Made by a program: the position numbers and the translations under genes
Assembly: GCA_023389155.1 (NCBI GenBank)
Contig: JAEWEV010000035.1
Coordinates: 85,866-149,865 of the forward strand
DNA length: 64,000 nucleotides
From: Pseudomonadota bacterium
GTDB taxonomy: Bacteria; Pseudomonadota; Gammaproteobacteria; Burkholderiales; Burkholderiaceae_B
Reading direction: 5' to 3'
Shown here: piece after piece, positions 50,702 through 61,172 of the stretch
Numbering within the stretch: position 1 is the first letter of the stretch
Layout of the letters: every line of letters starts with the position of its first letter
Notes under the pieces: generated by a model
Databases searched by the model: none
The model's input: the letters and a program-made list of their open reading frames with translations, nothing else
What the model was told of the DNA's origin: nothing

Positions 50702-51793
50702 TTGGATACTCTCACATTACCTCGCACCGAACAGACCTCACCACCCTGGACGATCCGCGCCATTCTTGACCTGTATGAATTGCCTTTCATGGATCTGATG
50801 TTCCGCGCGCAGCAAGTTCACCGCCAGCACCATGAACCCAATGCCGTGCAACTTTCCAGCCTGCTTTCCATCAAGACCGGTGGATGCCCCGAGGACTGCT
50901 CATATTGCCCGCAATCGGCGCGCTATGATACCTCGGTAGAGCGTGAAAAGCTCATGCCGCTGGACGACGTGATTCAGGCAGCAAAACAGGCCCAGGCAGC
51001 CGGCGCCCAGCGCTTCTGTATGGGTGCAGCCTGGAGAAATCCAAAACCGCATCAGGTTGAGGCAGTCGCAGACATGATCCGCGCAGTCAAGGACCTTGGC
51101 CTGGAAACCTGTGTTACGCTGGGCATGCTGCGTGATGGTCAGGCCCGGCAACTGAAGGAAGCCGGACTGGATTATTACAATCATAATCTTGATACCTCAC
51201 CCGAGTTTTATGGGCAGATCATCACAACACGCACCTATCAGGATCGCCTTGATACCCTGGAACGGGTGCGCGATGCCGGCATCAACGTGTGCTGCGGCGG
51301 TATCGTCGGGCTGGGTGAATCCCGCCGCGAACGCGCCGGTCTGATCGCCCAGCTTGCCAATATGTCCCCGTATCCTGAATCAGTACCGATCAATAATCTG
51401 GTCAAGGTGCAAGGCACACCCCTGGCGGACAACGAGGACATCGATCCCTTCGAGTTTGTGCGCACCATTGCCGTTGCCCGTATTACGATGCCTAAAACCT
51501 TTGTGCGCCTGTCAGCGGGACGCGAAGCGATGGACGACAGCCTGCAGGCACTGTGCTTTATGGCAGGCGCCAACTCAATGTTTTACGGGGAAAAGCTCCT
51601 CACCACAGGCAATCCGCAATTGCAGGCAGACCACGCGTTATTTCAGCGACTGAATCTCAAGCCCGTCGGCAAGCCAGCGACGCATGGCATCAATGCCAAG
51701 CCTGCTGTGGACACATCAGACGATAGAATCTCTGCCTCGGGCCAGACAGGAGGAGGATGTGGCTGCAGCTGCAGTGCAATGACGATGTCATGA
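50702..51793 (+). CDS. bioB: biotin synthase
   Basis: TTG start with AAGGAAA upstream. Radical-SAM motif [13 protein letters not shown]. Also contains ..YNHNLDTS.. and a C-terminal Cys-rich tail. Confidence 0.92.
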   Translation: MDTLTLPRTEQTSPPWTIRAILDLYELPFMDLMFRAQQVHRQHHEPNAVQLSSLLSIKTGGCPEDCSYCPQSARYDTSVEREKLMPLDDVIQAAKQAQAAGAQRFCMGAAWRNPKPHQVEAVADMIRAVKDLGLETCVTLGMLRDGQARQLKEAGLDYYNHNLDTSPEFYGQIITTRTYQDRLDTLERVRDAGINVCCGGIVGLGESRRERAGLIAQLANMSPYPESVPINNLVKVQGTPLADNEDIDPFEFVRTIAVARITMPKTFVRLSAGREAMDDSLQALCFMAGANSMFYGEKLLTTGNPQLQADHALFQRLNLKPVGKPATHGINAKPAVDTSDDRISASGQTGGGCGCSCSAMTMS

Positions 51794-51848
51794 TCATGCC
51801 TGCCCAGACATCTGCACCCCCCTCAATATTGTTCCTTTACCTGCCGCT

Positions 51849-52712
51849 ATGATCTATCTCATTCTCAGTATTTTTTGCAGTGTAGCCGTATCAGTGTTAC
51901 TCAAGGTCGCACGACGACAGGGCATTGACATCCGGCAGGCCATCGCTTTCAACTATGTGATGGCTTGCGCACTGACTTGGGTCGTCCTGTCCCCTACACT
52001 GGAACCCAGCGCAGGACACGATTTTCCCTGGCTGCTTTTCGGCGTCATGGGGGTAATCCTGCCAGTGCTCTTCATGATCATGTCGCGTGGCGTGGAATAT
52101 GCCGGTATTGTGCGAGCCGACGCCGCGCAGCGTCTTTCGCTGTTCCTGACCGTACTCGCCTCGTTTGTCCTGTTCGGCGAAGCACTCTCGGTTAATCGCG
52201 GGCTGAGTCTGATCCTTGCCTTTGCCGCGCTCTTCTGCCTGCTCTGGAAACCGGCAGACACCAGCGCAACAGGTGACCCTCGTCGGGGTGCGCTGTATCT
52301 TTTCCTGATCTGGCTGGGCTATGGAACGGTAGACATGCTATTTAAGCAGATTGCCAAAACCGGCACCGCCTTTTCCAGCGGACTGTTTGTGTCGTTTGTG
52401 CTGGCCGGCCTTATCATGTTTGCCTACCTGCTTGTTCGTCGCACCCGATGGAACGGCCGCAGCGTATTGGGCGGATTGCTGCTGGGCGTGCTCAATTTCA
52501 GCAATATCCTTTTCTACATTCGTGCACACCAGACCTTTCACGAGAACCCCACCCTGGTCTTCACTGTCATGAATATTGGGGTGATCAGCCTCGGAACTAT
52601 CGTGGGAGCCATGGCATTTCACGAGAGAATCAGCCGCATCAATCTTCTGGGTATTGCACTTGCCATCATCGCGGTGCTCACGCTTTACTACTGGACCGTC
52701 CTTGCGGGCTAG
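51849..52712 (+). CDS. EamA/DMT-family transporter
   Basis: 287 aa with about 10 predicted hydrophobic helices in two repeats. Confidence 0.65.
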   Translation: MIYLILSIFCSVAVSVLLKVARRQGIDIRQAIAFNYVMACALTWVVLSPTLEPSAGHDFPWLLFGVMGVILPVLFMIMSRGVEYAGIVRADAAQRLSLFLTVLASFVLFGEALSVNRGLSLILAFAALFCLLWKPADTSATGDPRRGALYLFLIWLGYGTVDMLFKQIAKTGTAFSSGLFVSFVLAGLIMFAYLLVRRTRWNGRSVLGGLLLGVLNFSNILFYIRAHQTFHENPTLVFTVMNIGVISLGTIVGAMAFHERISRINLLGIALAIIAVLTLYYWTVLAG

Positions 52713-52803
52713 ACCACATTCCTTATGAATACGGGCATTTTCTCATGCCCGCTTCAACGCCATTACCAGACGTCCCGGAAAGCGCATAAGCGCAAAAAGA
52801 AAG

Positions 52804-52836
52804 AGGCCCTGACGGCCTCTTTTTCGTTGCTGCCAT
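52804..52836. terminator. bidirectional intrinsic terminator between convergent genes
   Basis: AGAGGCC-ctgac-GGCCTCT (52812-52830), flanked by an A-run upstream and TTTT downstream. Confidence 0.6.
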
Positions 52837-52852
52837 CAGACGCAGCTTCGCG

Positions 52853-54259
52853 TTACAGCACCTTGCCGGGATTCATGATGCCCTGGGGATCAAATACCTG
52901 CTTGATCTGTCGCATTAATTTCAATTGCAATGGATCCTTGTGATGCAGGAAAGCGTGGCGCTTCAGCTGACCAATACCGTGTTCGGCACTGATGCTTCCG
53001 CCATAAGCCATGACCTCGTCGAAGATGACATCGGCAACGCGGATTTCCCACTCCGACGCCCAGGTTTTGTCTGCGCCAGCGGGGCGTGATACGTTGTAAT
53101 GCAGGTTGCCGTCGCCAAAATGGCCGAAAATAAACAGTCTGCAGTCCGGACTAACTTCGCGCAGTCGCACTTCGGCAGTTTTCACAAATTCCGGAATACG
53201 CTCGATCGGCAATGAAATATCATGCTTCAGATGTGGGCCGTCGGCGCGCTGGGCTTCGGAAATTTCCTCGCGCAGGCGCCACAGCGCCTGCAGTTGCGCC
53301 AGCGATGCAGAGACCGCTGCATCCACGCACAGTTCCTGTTCCAGCGCCTGGCCGATGACATTCTCCAGCAATTGGCCCAGCGCCTCCTCGTTAGCAGTAT
53401 CTGCTAGCTCAATCAATACGTATGCCGGATGACGGCCGCCAAAAGGCAATTGCACGCCTTCTACATGCGTCAGGACCAAATCCAGGCACGCGTCGGTAAA
53501 GAACTCGAAAGCCTGCAGTCGGGGCCCGCAAGCACCGAAAACAAGGCGAAACAGTTCCAGTGCCTGCTGTTCAGACTCGACCGCCGCCAGTACCACACTG
53601 CGCACATGAGTCGGGGCATGCAATCGCAGTGCCACTGCGGTAATCACGCCCAGCGTACCTTCAGAACCAATCAGCAATTGCTTCAGATCGTAGCCGGTAT
53701 TGTCCTTGCGCAGGGTCTGCAGGCCGTTGAAAATCTCTCCATCAGGCAGCACGGCTTCAATCCCCAAAACCAGTTCGCGAGCCATCCCGTAACGTACAAC
53801 ATTCACGCCTCCGGCATTGGTGGCCACATTGCCGCCAATCTGCGATGAATCCTCGGCAGCCAGGCTCAATGGCAGCAATCTGTCCTGCTCATGCGCAGCA
53901 CGGCGCAGATTTCCCAGAATGCATCCTGCATCGGCAACCAGCGTATTGGCTATGGTATCGATGCTAAGAACCTTGTTCATGCGATCCAGGGACAAAATAA
54001 TGTTACTCGGTGAGTCATCCGGAGTCGCTGCGCCGCAAAGCCCGGTATTGCCGCCGCGCGTGACAACAGGCACTTTGAACTCACTGCACAAACGCATGCA
54101 TTGTGATACCTGTTCGGTGGAAACCGGCCGCACCACGGCCTGTGCGCTACCTTTATATACGCCACGCCAATCCGTCAGCCAGGGTTCAATGTCAGCGCTT
54201 TGCGTCAGTACGACATCCGGCCCCAGTGCAGCGAGCAGTCGGTCAAGAAATTCCTGCAT
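52853..54259 (-). CDS. FAD-binding oxidoreductase (GlcD / D-2-hydroxyacid dehydrogenase type)
   Basis: Trimmed to the ATG at 54259 (MQEFLDRL). Contains VVTRGGNTGLCGAA, LLIGSEGTLGVITAV, and the tail IKQVFDPQGIMNPGKVL. Confidence 0.85.
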   Translation of the reverse strand: MQEFLDRLLAALGPDVVLTQSADIEPWLTDWRGVYKGSAQAVVRPVSTEQVSQCMRLCSEFKVPVVTRGGNTGLCGAATPDDSPSNIILSLDRMNKVLSIDTIANTLVADAGCILGNLRRAAHEQDRLLPLSLAAEDSSQIGGNVATNAGGVNVVRYGMARELVLGIEAVLPDGEIFNGLQTLRKDNTGYDLKQLLIGSEGTLGVITAVALRLHAPTHVRSVVLAAVESEQQALELFRLVFGACGPRLQAFEFFTDACLDLVLTHVEGVQLPFGGRHPAYVLIELADTANEEALGQLLENVIGQALEQELCVDAAVSASLAQLQALWRLREEISEAQRADGPHLKHDISLPIERIPEFVKTAEVRLREVSPDCRLFIFGHFGDGNLHYNVSRPAGADKTWASEWEIRVADVIFDEVMAYGGSISAEHGIGQLKRHAFLHHKDPLQLKLMRQIKQVFDPQGIMNPGKVL

Positions 54260-54352
54260 GATGATTCCCAATATGGTTAATGCCCGCCGCCTTGGGCGTA
54301 TGCCTGGCAGCTGGCGAGATGACAAAATGAATAAAAAATCGGTCCGCCTGCT

Positions 54353-55123
54353 TCATCCGTGCTGTTGCGGGCGAAACGAGCTGATGTCCAGCCCCAGCCG
54401 CTCGCTGGCATTGCGCAAATGCGCCTGTGCGCGACTGCGCGCAAGCACCGGATCCCGCTCAAGGATGGCGGCAAGAACATTCTCGTGCTCCGCATGCACC
54501 TGGCGCGACAGCGTGACTCTCGCGGACACGCCCGTCGTGCCTGTGTTTTTCCTGTTTAAGTCCTGCTCGGTTTTTAGCGTATGCAGTCGGGCAATCTGCA
54601 CACTTTGTCGCCACTGGCGGGTGAGATAGGTCAGCAACTCCTGATAGTGCGGATTATGTGTTGCTTTCGCTATCGCCTGGTGAAAGCCGACGTCCCACTT
54701 CAGCGCCTCTTGTGGCACTTGCAGGTTTTTTTCAAGCGATGCCAGAATGTGCTGCATTTCACGCAGGTCTTCGTTCGTTGCCCTGACGGCAGCCAGAGCC
54801 GCAGCGCCTCCTTCGATGTCAAAGCGAAGCTCATAGATATGGCGCAAACCCTCGCGGTCCAGTGCATCGGGCACCGGTAATTGAAACCCCTCCTGAAGGT
54901 CGCGGGTCAATACCGTACACCCCGCGCCCTGACGCGAGCGCACCATACCCTTGGTGCGCAGTCTCTCGGTCGCTTCCCGAATGACCGCCGCACTAACGGC
55001 AAACTCGTCTGCCAGCAGTCTGCCCGAAGGCAGTTTCGTACCCACGGGGTACACGCCTTCTGCGATCCGCTGCATCAGCGCCTGTGCCACGCGGTCCGTG
55101 AGGGTTGAAGTTGTCATTTGCAT
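54353..55123 (-). CDS. GntR/FadR-family transcriptional regulator
   Basis: The winged-helix region is KLPSGRLLADEFAVSAAVIREATERLRTKGMVRSRQGAGCTV. An FCD domain follows. Confidence 0.85.
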   Translation of the reverse strand: MQMTTSTLTDRVAQALMQRIAEGVYPVGTKLPSGRLLADEFAVSAAVIREATERLRTKGMVRSRQGAGCTVLTRDLQEGFQLPVPDALDREGLRHIYELRFDIEGGAAALAAVRATNEDLREMQHILASLEKNLQVPQEALKWDVGFHQAIAKATHNPHYQELLTYLTRQWRQSVQIARLHTLKTEQDLNRKNTGTTGVSARVTLSRQVHAEHENVLAAILERDPVLARSRAQAHLRNASERLGLDISSFRPQQHG

Positions 55124-55299
55124 AGCATAAATATATCAGGTTATCTGATAACTTTTTACCAAACTCTTGGTGGAAGCAGAAATATGTTGCCCGAGGAAAG
55201 AAAAATCAGCCATTCCTGAGCGAATCTATTTCGCTGCTGGATCAGAATGTGATTACCCATTAAAGGCGGGATCCGGGCAGGCCGGGAGGATGGGCTAGC

Positions 55300-55333
55300 G
55301 AAAACTCATTGCGGACGTCGCCTGGACGTCCGC
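55300..55333 (-). terminator. intrinsic terminator after the MFS gene
   Basis: GCGGACGTC (55311-55319) and GACGTCCGC (55325-55333) form a perfect 9-bp stem with a 5-nt loop. On the minus strand it is followed by AATGAGTTTTC. Confidence 0.5.
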
Positions 55334-55345
55334 GGCCGACAATGC

Positions 55346-56974
55346 TTATGGCTTGCGTGATGGGGGAGGTTCATTGCTGTCGGACTTGTTGCTTTCATTA
55401 TCAGTACTATCGGGCATCGGACTATCGGGCGTCAGGGGATCGGACTCGCTGATATCAGACTGGGTATTAGCCATCTCCATCTTTCCCGCTTCCGACTGAC
55501 CGGGATTCGCGTCACCCTTATCTGGATCGTCGCCGCGAGCCTCATTGTCATCGGACGGATGCTCGCCCATCCCGGATTCCTGCTCTTGCGTATCGCTGTC
55601 CTCACCTGTCATCGCCAGGTCCTCTTCGGCCACGCTATTGTCGACATCCGATCTTTGAGGAAGGTTCAGTTCGCTTATCGGATCCCCCGCCTGAATGATA
55701 TCCAGAACCTTATTCATTGCCTCTGGATCGGACGAAATATCAATCGACTCATTCACACGCGGATCAAGCGCAGTGGCCACAGGCGAAGCCGGCACGTTGA
55801 CCGACATCGGCACAAAGGGCTCGGGATCGACCTTGTACGTCCCCTTGACCTTCTCCTTGCGAACAAAAATGACAAGTGAAAAAGCAGCGAGGGAAGTATA
55901 AATATAGAACATATGTGCCCCGCCAATGTCCATCAGCTTACCGACCAGCAACGGTCCCAGGCTGGCACCGACCCCATAGGTCATGAGCAGCACGCCGCTC
56001 AGGCCAACCCGCAACGACGGATCGACGTGCTCGTTGGCAAAGGCGGTGGCTAGCGGATAAATGGTAAATTGCAGCACGCCGAAAATCGCCACCAGGACCA
56101 GCATGACGGGATACGGCAGATGCCAGTAACCGTATAGTGGGATCGTCAGCAAGCCCAGCAACAGGGCGTTGAAGCGGATCATGTTCAGGCGGTAGATACG
56201 GTCGGAAAGCCAGCCCATTGGCCATTGCGACAGCAGGCCGGCCATCACGGAAACCGACAGGAACAGCGCTACCTGATCGGTATTCATGCCCTCCTTGCTC
56301 GCGTAGACCGGCCCCAGACCATAAAACGACCCGGTAATACTGCCCGCCACGAACAGGACAAACATGGACATGGGGACGAGGCGAACAAATATCTTCAGCT
56401 TGATCGGCGTATGGATCTGCAGGGCCGGGTGGCTGCGGCGGGTAATGGCGACAGGAATCAGACAGAGCGCCATGGACATCGCCACTACGTTAAGGGTGAT
56501 CAAGTCTTCTGGCGAAAAAAACGATACCGTCATCTGCCCCACTACCAGGCCCATGCCGGACATCACCATATAGAAAGCGAAAACGCTGCCTCGCTGCTTC
56601 TGGTCTGCCTGATCGTTCAGCCAGCTTTCGAGCACCATGTACTGGGTGACCATGGTGGCCCCCGTCAGAAACCGCAGGAAAACCCAAACCGGCAGCAGCG
56701 GTGTAATTGTCTGGGCCAGAACCAGAACAGTGACCATGGCTGCCGAAATCGAATAGGCGCGGATATGGCCGACACGCTGCACCAGCTTGTGACCAAATCG
56801 CGCTCCCAGCACCTGACCAGTATAAAACGCGGCAATCAGCAAACCGATCCAGACCTGGCTGACACCCTGATGCGTCAGATGCAGTGCAATGAAAGTGTTG
56901 TACAGCCCGGTACCCAGCGACATCAGCAGCGTCGCAAGATAAAGCGAGAAAAACGACAGGAAAAGGCTGATCAT
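55346..56974 (-). CDS. MFS transporter with a ~155-aa acidic, low-complexity C-terminal tail
   Basis: 542 aa. About 12 hydrophobic helices in the first ~385 aa, followed by a D/E/S/P-rich tail. Confidence 0.8.
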   Translation of the reverse strand: MISLFLSFFSLYLATLLMSLGTGLYNTFIALHLTHQGVSQVWIGLLIAAFYTGQVLGARFGHKLVQRVGHIRAYSISAAMVTVLVLAQTITPLLPVWVFLRFLTGATMVTQYMVLESWLNDQADQKQRGSVFAFYMVMSGMGLVVGQMTVSFFSPEDLITLNVVAMSMALCLIPVAITRRSHPALQIHTPIKLKIFVRLVPMSMFVLFVAGSITGSFYGLGPVYASKEGMNTDQVALFLSVSVMAGLLSQWPMGWLSDRIYRLNMIRFNALLLGLLTIPLYGYWHLPYPVMLVLVAIFGVLQFTIYPLATAFANEHVDPSLRVGLSGVLLMTYGVGASLGPLLVGKLMDIGGAHMFYIYTSLAAFSLVIFVRKEKVKGTYKVDPEPFVPMSVNVPASPVATALDPRVNESIDISSDPEAMNKVLDIIQAGDPISELNLPQRSDVDNSVAEEDLAMTGEDSDTQEQESGMGEHPSDDNEARGDDPDKGDANPGQSEAGKMEMANTQSDISESDPLTPDSPMPDSTDNESNKSDSNEPPPSRKP

Positions 56975-57151
56975 TCTGACCTGATGGAAAGAAACGAAGA
57001 AGAAAACAATATCGAAAATGCAATGAAACTGCCTGTTGCGAACGGGGCCTGCGTGAGCAGACCAATGACATTCGCAATAAAGGCAGCTTCAGAGACGGCC
57101 GGCACTTGTTATCCGGCCGCCGTATTTCATAAAATTACAATGCTGGTGAAA

Positions 57152-57655
57152 TTACAACTGTGAAAGAATGGTTTCAGTACCGCTGATTTTATATTCGCCA
57201 CCCTCTTCGACATTCAGCTGGCTGACCACACCATCGTCAAGCACGGCAGAATAACGGCGCGAACGTACGCCCAGACCTCTGGCGATCATATCCAGCTCCA
57301 GCCCAAGCTCTTTGGTCCAGGTGGCAGAACCATCGGCCAGAAGACGGATCGTGCCAGTCGCGCCCGTATCCCTGCCCCACGCACCCATGACAAACGCATC
57401 ATTGACCGCGATACACCAGATTTCATCGACGCCCTTCGCCTTGATTTTTTCGGCATCGCGAATGAAATCGACCATATGCTTGGACGTACATGTTGGCGTG
57501 AACGCGCCGGGCACACCAAACAGGACAATTTTCTTGCCTTTTACCAGTTCAGACACCTTGAATGCCTGAGGGCCCGCGTCCTGACCGTTCTGGCCTTTTT
57601 CGATGAATTCTGTGAGCGTCCCTTCGGGCACCCGATCTCCAATGCTGATTGTCAT
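57152..57655 (-). CDS. peroxiredoxin (Prx5 subfamily)
   Basis: Trimmed to the ATG at 57655 (MTISIGDRVPEG). The peroxidatic Cys motif is GVPGAFTPTCTSKH. Length 167 aa. Confidence 0.85.
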   Translation of the reverse strand: MTISIGDRVPEGTLTEFIEKGQNGQDAGPQAFKVSELVKGKKIVLFGVPGAFTPTCTSKHMVDFIRDAEKIKAKGVDEIWCIAVNDAFVMGAWGRDTGATGTIRLLADGSATWTKELGLELDMIARGLGVRSRRYSAVLDDGVVSQLNVEEGGEYKISGTETILSQL

Positions 57656-57969
57656 AGCAACTCCCGTCTCATTAAGAAAAACCTTAGCGGCTAGTGTACC
57701 ACCTGGCCTTGCCGGAATGGACAATTCCCCCGCGCCACGAACGTCCATTCGCATACGCCGTGACCACACCATAACATCGCCACATGACACAAATGTGTGC
57801 GCCCCCATCCGGGTTTTCACAACCGGCTCAAATACAGGTATAGTTATTGAGTACAGCAAAACGTTGGCTGCCGTAGTGGCCGGCCTGAAACACAGACCGC
57901 GTGTGCCCGCCACTACACTGAACTCCGATATCCGATTTGAATGCGCGGTCAAAAAACTGCCTGATGCAC

Positions 57970-58497
57970 ATGAAAAATACTCCTGTTACTACCCATAACC
58001 CGGCCGAAGACGAGGCCAGCGCCCCCGTTCTGAGTCATCTGGATGAGTCCGGTCAGGTTCGCATGGTAGACGTCCTGGGTAAAACGGCAAGCGCACGTAC
58101 AGCCATTGCGCGCAGCGTGGTGCGAATGACCCGGAAATCCTACGCCGCGCTCAATGCCGCAGAAAACAGTAAGGGCGAAGTGCTCAATACCGCAAGCGTT
58201 GCCGGTGTGCTGGCTGCCAAACGCTGTGCCGAGCTGATTCCCATGTGCCACAGCCTGCCGCTTACGTTTGCCGGCATAAACTTTACACTGGATGAAGCGA
58301 CACACTGTGTCACTATCGAAGCCACCTGCCGCAGCGACTACAAAACCGGCGTCGAAATGGAAGCCCTTACCGCCTGCTCGATTGCAGCCCTGACCATTTA
58401 CGACATGTGCAAGGCCGCCGACAAAGGCATCGTTATTGAAAATACCCGGCTTGTGTACAAGTCGGGGGGTAAAAGCGGAGAATGGCGCGGTGATTGA
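57970..58497 (+). CDS. moaC: cyclic pyranopterin monophosphate synthase
   Basis: Contains LSHLDESGQVRMVDV and ELIPMCHSLPL..GVEMEALTA motifs. Alternative starts lie at 57964 and 57937. Confidence 0.9.
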   Translation: MKNTPVTTHNPAEDEASAPVLSHLDESGQVRMVDVLGKTASARTAIARSVVRMTRKSYAALNAAENSKGEVLNTASVAGVLAAKRCAELIPMCHSLPLTFAGINFTLDEATHCVTIEATCRSDYKTGVEMEALTACSIAALTIYDMCKAADKGIVIENTRLVYKSGGKSGEWRGD

Positions 58498-58729
58498 TAT
58501 TCTTTATTTTGCGCGAATTGCCGAACTGACCGGCAAAAGAACCGAACAGATGAATCTGGCTAAGCCGCTGACCGTGACTCAATGGCTGGCGCAATTGAAC
58601 GACATCTACCCGGCACTCAGGGATGTTGGCGTTCTGAAGGTGGCTATCAATAAAAAACATGCCTCTCCCGATACACTGCTTCAGGACGGAGACGAAGTCG
58701 CCATTTTTGAACCCGTGACCGGAGGTTGA
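58490..58729 (+). CDS. moaD: molybdopterin synthase sulfur-carrier subunit
   Basis: GTG start overlapping the moaC stop. 79 aa, ending in the diagnostic ..FEPVTGG. Confidence 0.85.
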   Translation: MIDILYFARIAELTGKRTEQMNLAKPLTVTQWLAQLNDIYPALRDVGVLKVAINKKHASPDTLLQDGDEVAIFEPVTGG

Positions 58730-58744
58730 TATGCGGAGGTTAAT

Positions 58745-59248
58745 ATGATTACCGTACAGCAGGCCGATTTCGATGCCGGTGTTCTCATCCGTCAATTGCA
58801 TGAGCGCTCCCAGGGGCGAGCCGGCGCCGTCGCTTCCTTCGTTGGCTATGTGCGCGATTACTCCGCGACGCAACCCACGCAGGAACTGTTTCTTGAACAC
58901 TACCCGGGTATGTGCGAACAGGAGATCGCTGACATTGTCTGCGAGGCCGAACAGAGATGGGATGTGATTGACAGCACGATTACACATCGCATTGGTGCCC
59001 TGTCACGCCAGGACCAGATTGTTTTCGTTGGCGTCGCCAGTGCGCACCGCGGTGATGCCTTTCATGCCTGCGAGTACATCATGGACGCGCTTAAAACCCG
59101 CGCGCCTTTCTGGAAGCGGGAGACGCTGGAAGATGGCAGCGCATTCTGGGTCGAAGCACGCAGCAGCGACCAGGACAGCCTGGAAAAATGGAAAAGCGCG
59201 GATGGCAATGGCGATCCGGAAAAATCGCAAGAGGAAGTACAGGAATGA
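58745..59248 (+). CDS. moaE: molybdopterin synthase catalytic subunit
   Basis: 167 aa. Contains GAVASFVGYVRD.. and ..APFWKRE. Confidence 0.88.
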   Translation: MITVQQADFDAGVLIRQLHERSQGRAGAVASFVGYVRDYSATQPTQELFLEHYPGMCEQEIADIVCEAEQRWDVIDSTITHRIGALSRQDQIVFVGVASAHRGDAFHACEYIMDALKTRAPFWKRETLEDGSAFWVEARSSDQDSLEKWKSADGNGDPEKSQEEVQE

Positions 59249-59769
59249 AATCACTGACAGAAAACGACAGCAGGGTCGCCTTGCGGATTGCCGTTATGAC
59301 GATCCACGACACGCGCACGCCGGACACAGACAGTTCAGGACGTTATCTGATTCAGGCTATTGAAGACAGCGGGCACATTGTTGCGGGACAGGCGATCTGC
59401 CCCGACAATCGCTATGCCATCCGCAAGCACTTGTCCGACTGGATTCTGAGCGACGATGTACACGCTATCATTACCAACGGCGGTACCGGCATGCGCGACA
59501 AGAATTCCACCATCGCAGCCGTGACCCCGCTGCTTGATGCCGAAATCGCCGGCTTCGGCGAACTGTTTCGCGCCTATTCCTTTGCCGACATCGGCTCTTC
59601 GGGGCTGCAATCAAACGCCCTGGGCGGCAAGGCAAACAACACGCTCATTTTCTGCCTGCCCGGCTCTACCGGTGCCTGCAGGCTTGGCTGGGAGAAAATC
59701 CTGCGTGAGCAGTTCGACAGCCATCACCAGCCCTGCAATTTTGCCTCGGCCTACGCCCGACGCGACTGA
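59245..59769 (+). CDS. moaB: MoaB/MogA-family molybdenum cofactor biosynthesis protein
   Basis: The ATG at 59245 overlaps the moaE stop (ATGA). Contains ITNGGTGMRDKN and LPGSTGAC motifs. Confidence 0.85.
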   Translation: MKSLTENDSRVALRIAVMTIHDTRTPDTDSSGRYLIQAIEDSGHIVAGQAICPDNRYAIRKHLSDWILSDDVHAIITNGGTGMRDKNSTIAAVTPLLDAEIAGFGELFRAYSFADIGSSGLQSNALGGKANNTLIFCLPGSTGACRLGWEKILREQFDSHHQPCNFASAYARRD

Positions 59770-59804
59770 TTCTGACTGCATTAAAAAAACGACAGGAAAA
59801 ACCC

Positions 59805-61013
59805 ATGCTTGATTTTGATACCGCCCAACAGCAACTGCTGGAACTGCCCGTTGCCGACATCCCGGTAGAGACCATCAGCCTGCAGCACGCTTACGGTCGT
59901 GTTCTTGCACAGGACGTGGTGGCCACACTCGACATGCCGTCTGCCGATAACAGTTCGATGGATGGCTATGCCTTACGCCTGGAAGATTTTGCTGCGGACA
60001 CGGCGCTACCTGTGCAACAGCGCGTGTTTGCAGGGGAAGCGCCGCAGGCACAGCAACCCGGAAAAATCTCACGTATTTTCACTGGCAGCCTCATTCCTGA
60101 CGGTGCGGACACGGTTGTCATACAGGAAGTCTGCGTTGAAGATAACGGCCTGGTTACCATCAAAGAAGCCCCCGTCAAAGGACAGAACATCCGCCGTCAG
60201 GGAGAAGACACGCGCAAGGGCAGCGTATTGCTTGAGAAAGGAACGGTGCTTGGCGCCGCAGAGGTCGGCCTGATTGCTACGCAGGGAATTGAAAATCTGT
60301 CCGTCTATCGTCAGCTCAAAGTGGGCATTCTTACTACAGGCGATGAGCTGGTGCCGGTAGGTCAGCAGCGACAGTCATCACAGATTTTCAATTCCAACGC
60401 GCCCATGCTGACCGCCCTGTTCCACACACTGGGTGCCCAGGTGGCGCATGTGTTGCATGCAGTGGATGAGCTGGATGCCACACGGCAGGCACTACAGACT
60501 CTTTTTGAGGATTGTGATCTGGTCATCAGCGTTGGGGGCGTCTCAGTCGGAGAGAAGGATCTGGTCAAACCGGCGCTGGAAGCGCTGGGAGCCAGCCTGG
60601 ACTTCTGGAAAGTGCGCATGAAACCAGGCAAACCGGTAGCCCTGGCCAGCGTGAATAATACACCTGTCATCTGCCTGCCGGGCAATCCGGTATCTGCCTA
60701 CACGGTACTTGCGGTACTGGTGTCGCCTCTGATCCGCAAGCTGCAGGGTCGCAAGGCATGCCTGCCCGCGCGGTTCCAGGCCATCCTGCAAACCGATAGG
60801 GTTTTCAATGAAACCCGGGATGAGTTTCTGCGTGTCCGTGTCACGCAGGACGAAGCTACAGGCCAGTTCATGGCTGAACCTTACGATCGCCAGGGATCCG
60901 GCATGAGTTCTTCCCTGCCCTGGGCCAATGCCTTTGCGCGAGTACCCGCCGTACAGAAATATACGGGGGGCGATCGTGTGTGGATATATCCCAAGCACGA
61001 ATGGATTCGCTAG
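59805..61013 (+). CDS. moeA: molybdopterin molybdotransferase
   Basis: 402 aa. Contains SSMDGYA, GADTVV, SVGGVSVGEKD and LPGNPVSA motifs. Confidence 0.9.
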   Translation: MLDFDTAQQQLLELPVADIPVETISLQHAYGRVLAQDVVATLDMPSADNSSMDGYALRLEDFAADTALPVQQRVFAGEAPQAQQPGKISRIFTGSLIPDGADTVVIQEVCVEDNGLVTIKEAPVKGQNIRRQGEDTRKGSVLLEKGTVLGAAEVGLIATQGIENLSVYRQLKVGILTTGDELVPVGQQRQSSQIFNSNAPMLTALFHTLGAQVAHVLHAVDELDATRQALQTLFEDCDLVISVGGVSVGEKDLVKPALEALGASLDFWKVRMKPGKPVALASVNNTPVICLPGNPVSAYTVLAVLVSPLIRKLQGRKACLPARFQAILQTDRVFNETRDEFLRVRVTQDEATGQFMAEPYDRQGSGMSSSLPWANAFARVPAVQKYTGGDRVWIYPKHEWIR

Positions 61014-61172
61014 CAACAGATGGGATACGCATCGCCTGCTGACCCAGCGAGAGTCTGGCGCCGACAGGCGTTGTACAAAAAAGGTGGCCATCAGCAGTTG
61101 CGCTTAAATGCAACTGTTCACTCATCGCATTGCTGACTGTAAGCATTCTGCGCCGGCGCCTGCCCGGGTATA

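Noticed and set aside
56225-57163. 312-aa plus-strand ORF
   Set aside because: It is antisense to the MFS transporter gene. The sequence is His/Arg/Gln-rich and non-protein-like.
57656-57969. Possible Moco riboswitch upstream of moaC
   Set aside because: I scanned the 314-bp leader for the conserved Moco-motif elements I remember (CCUCCGAG-type core, and a terminal AAAGGAG overlapping the RBS) and did not find them. moaA has no leader at all because it overlaps the regulator gene. An Infernal scan would be needed to exclude a riboswitch fully.
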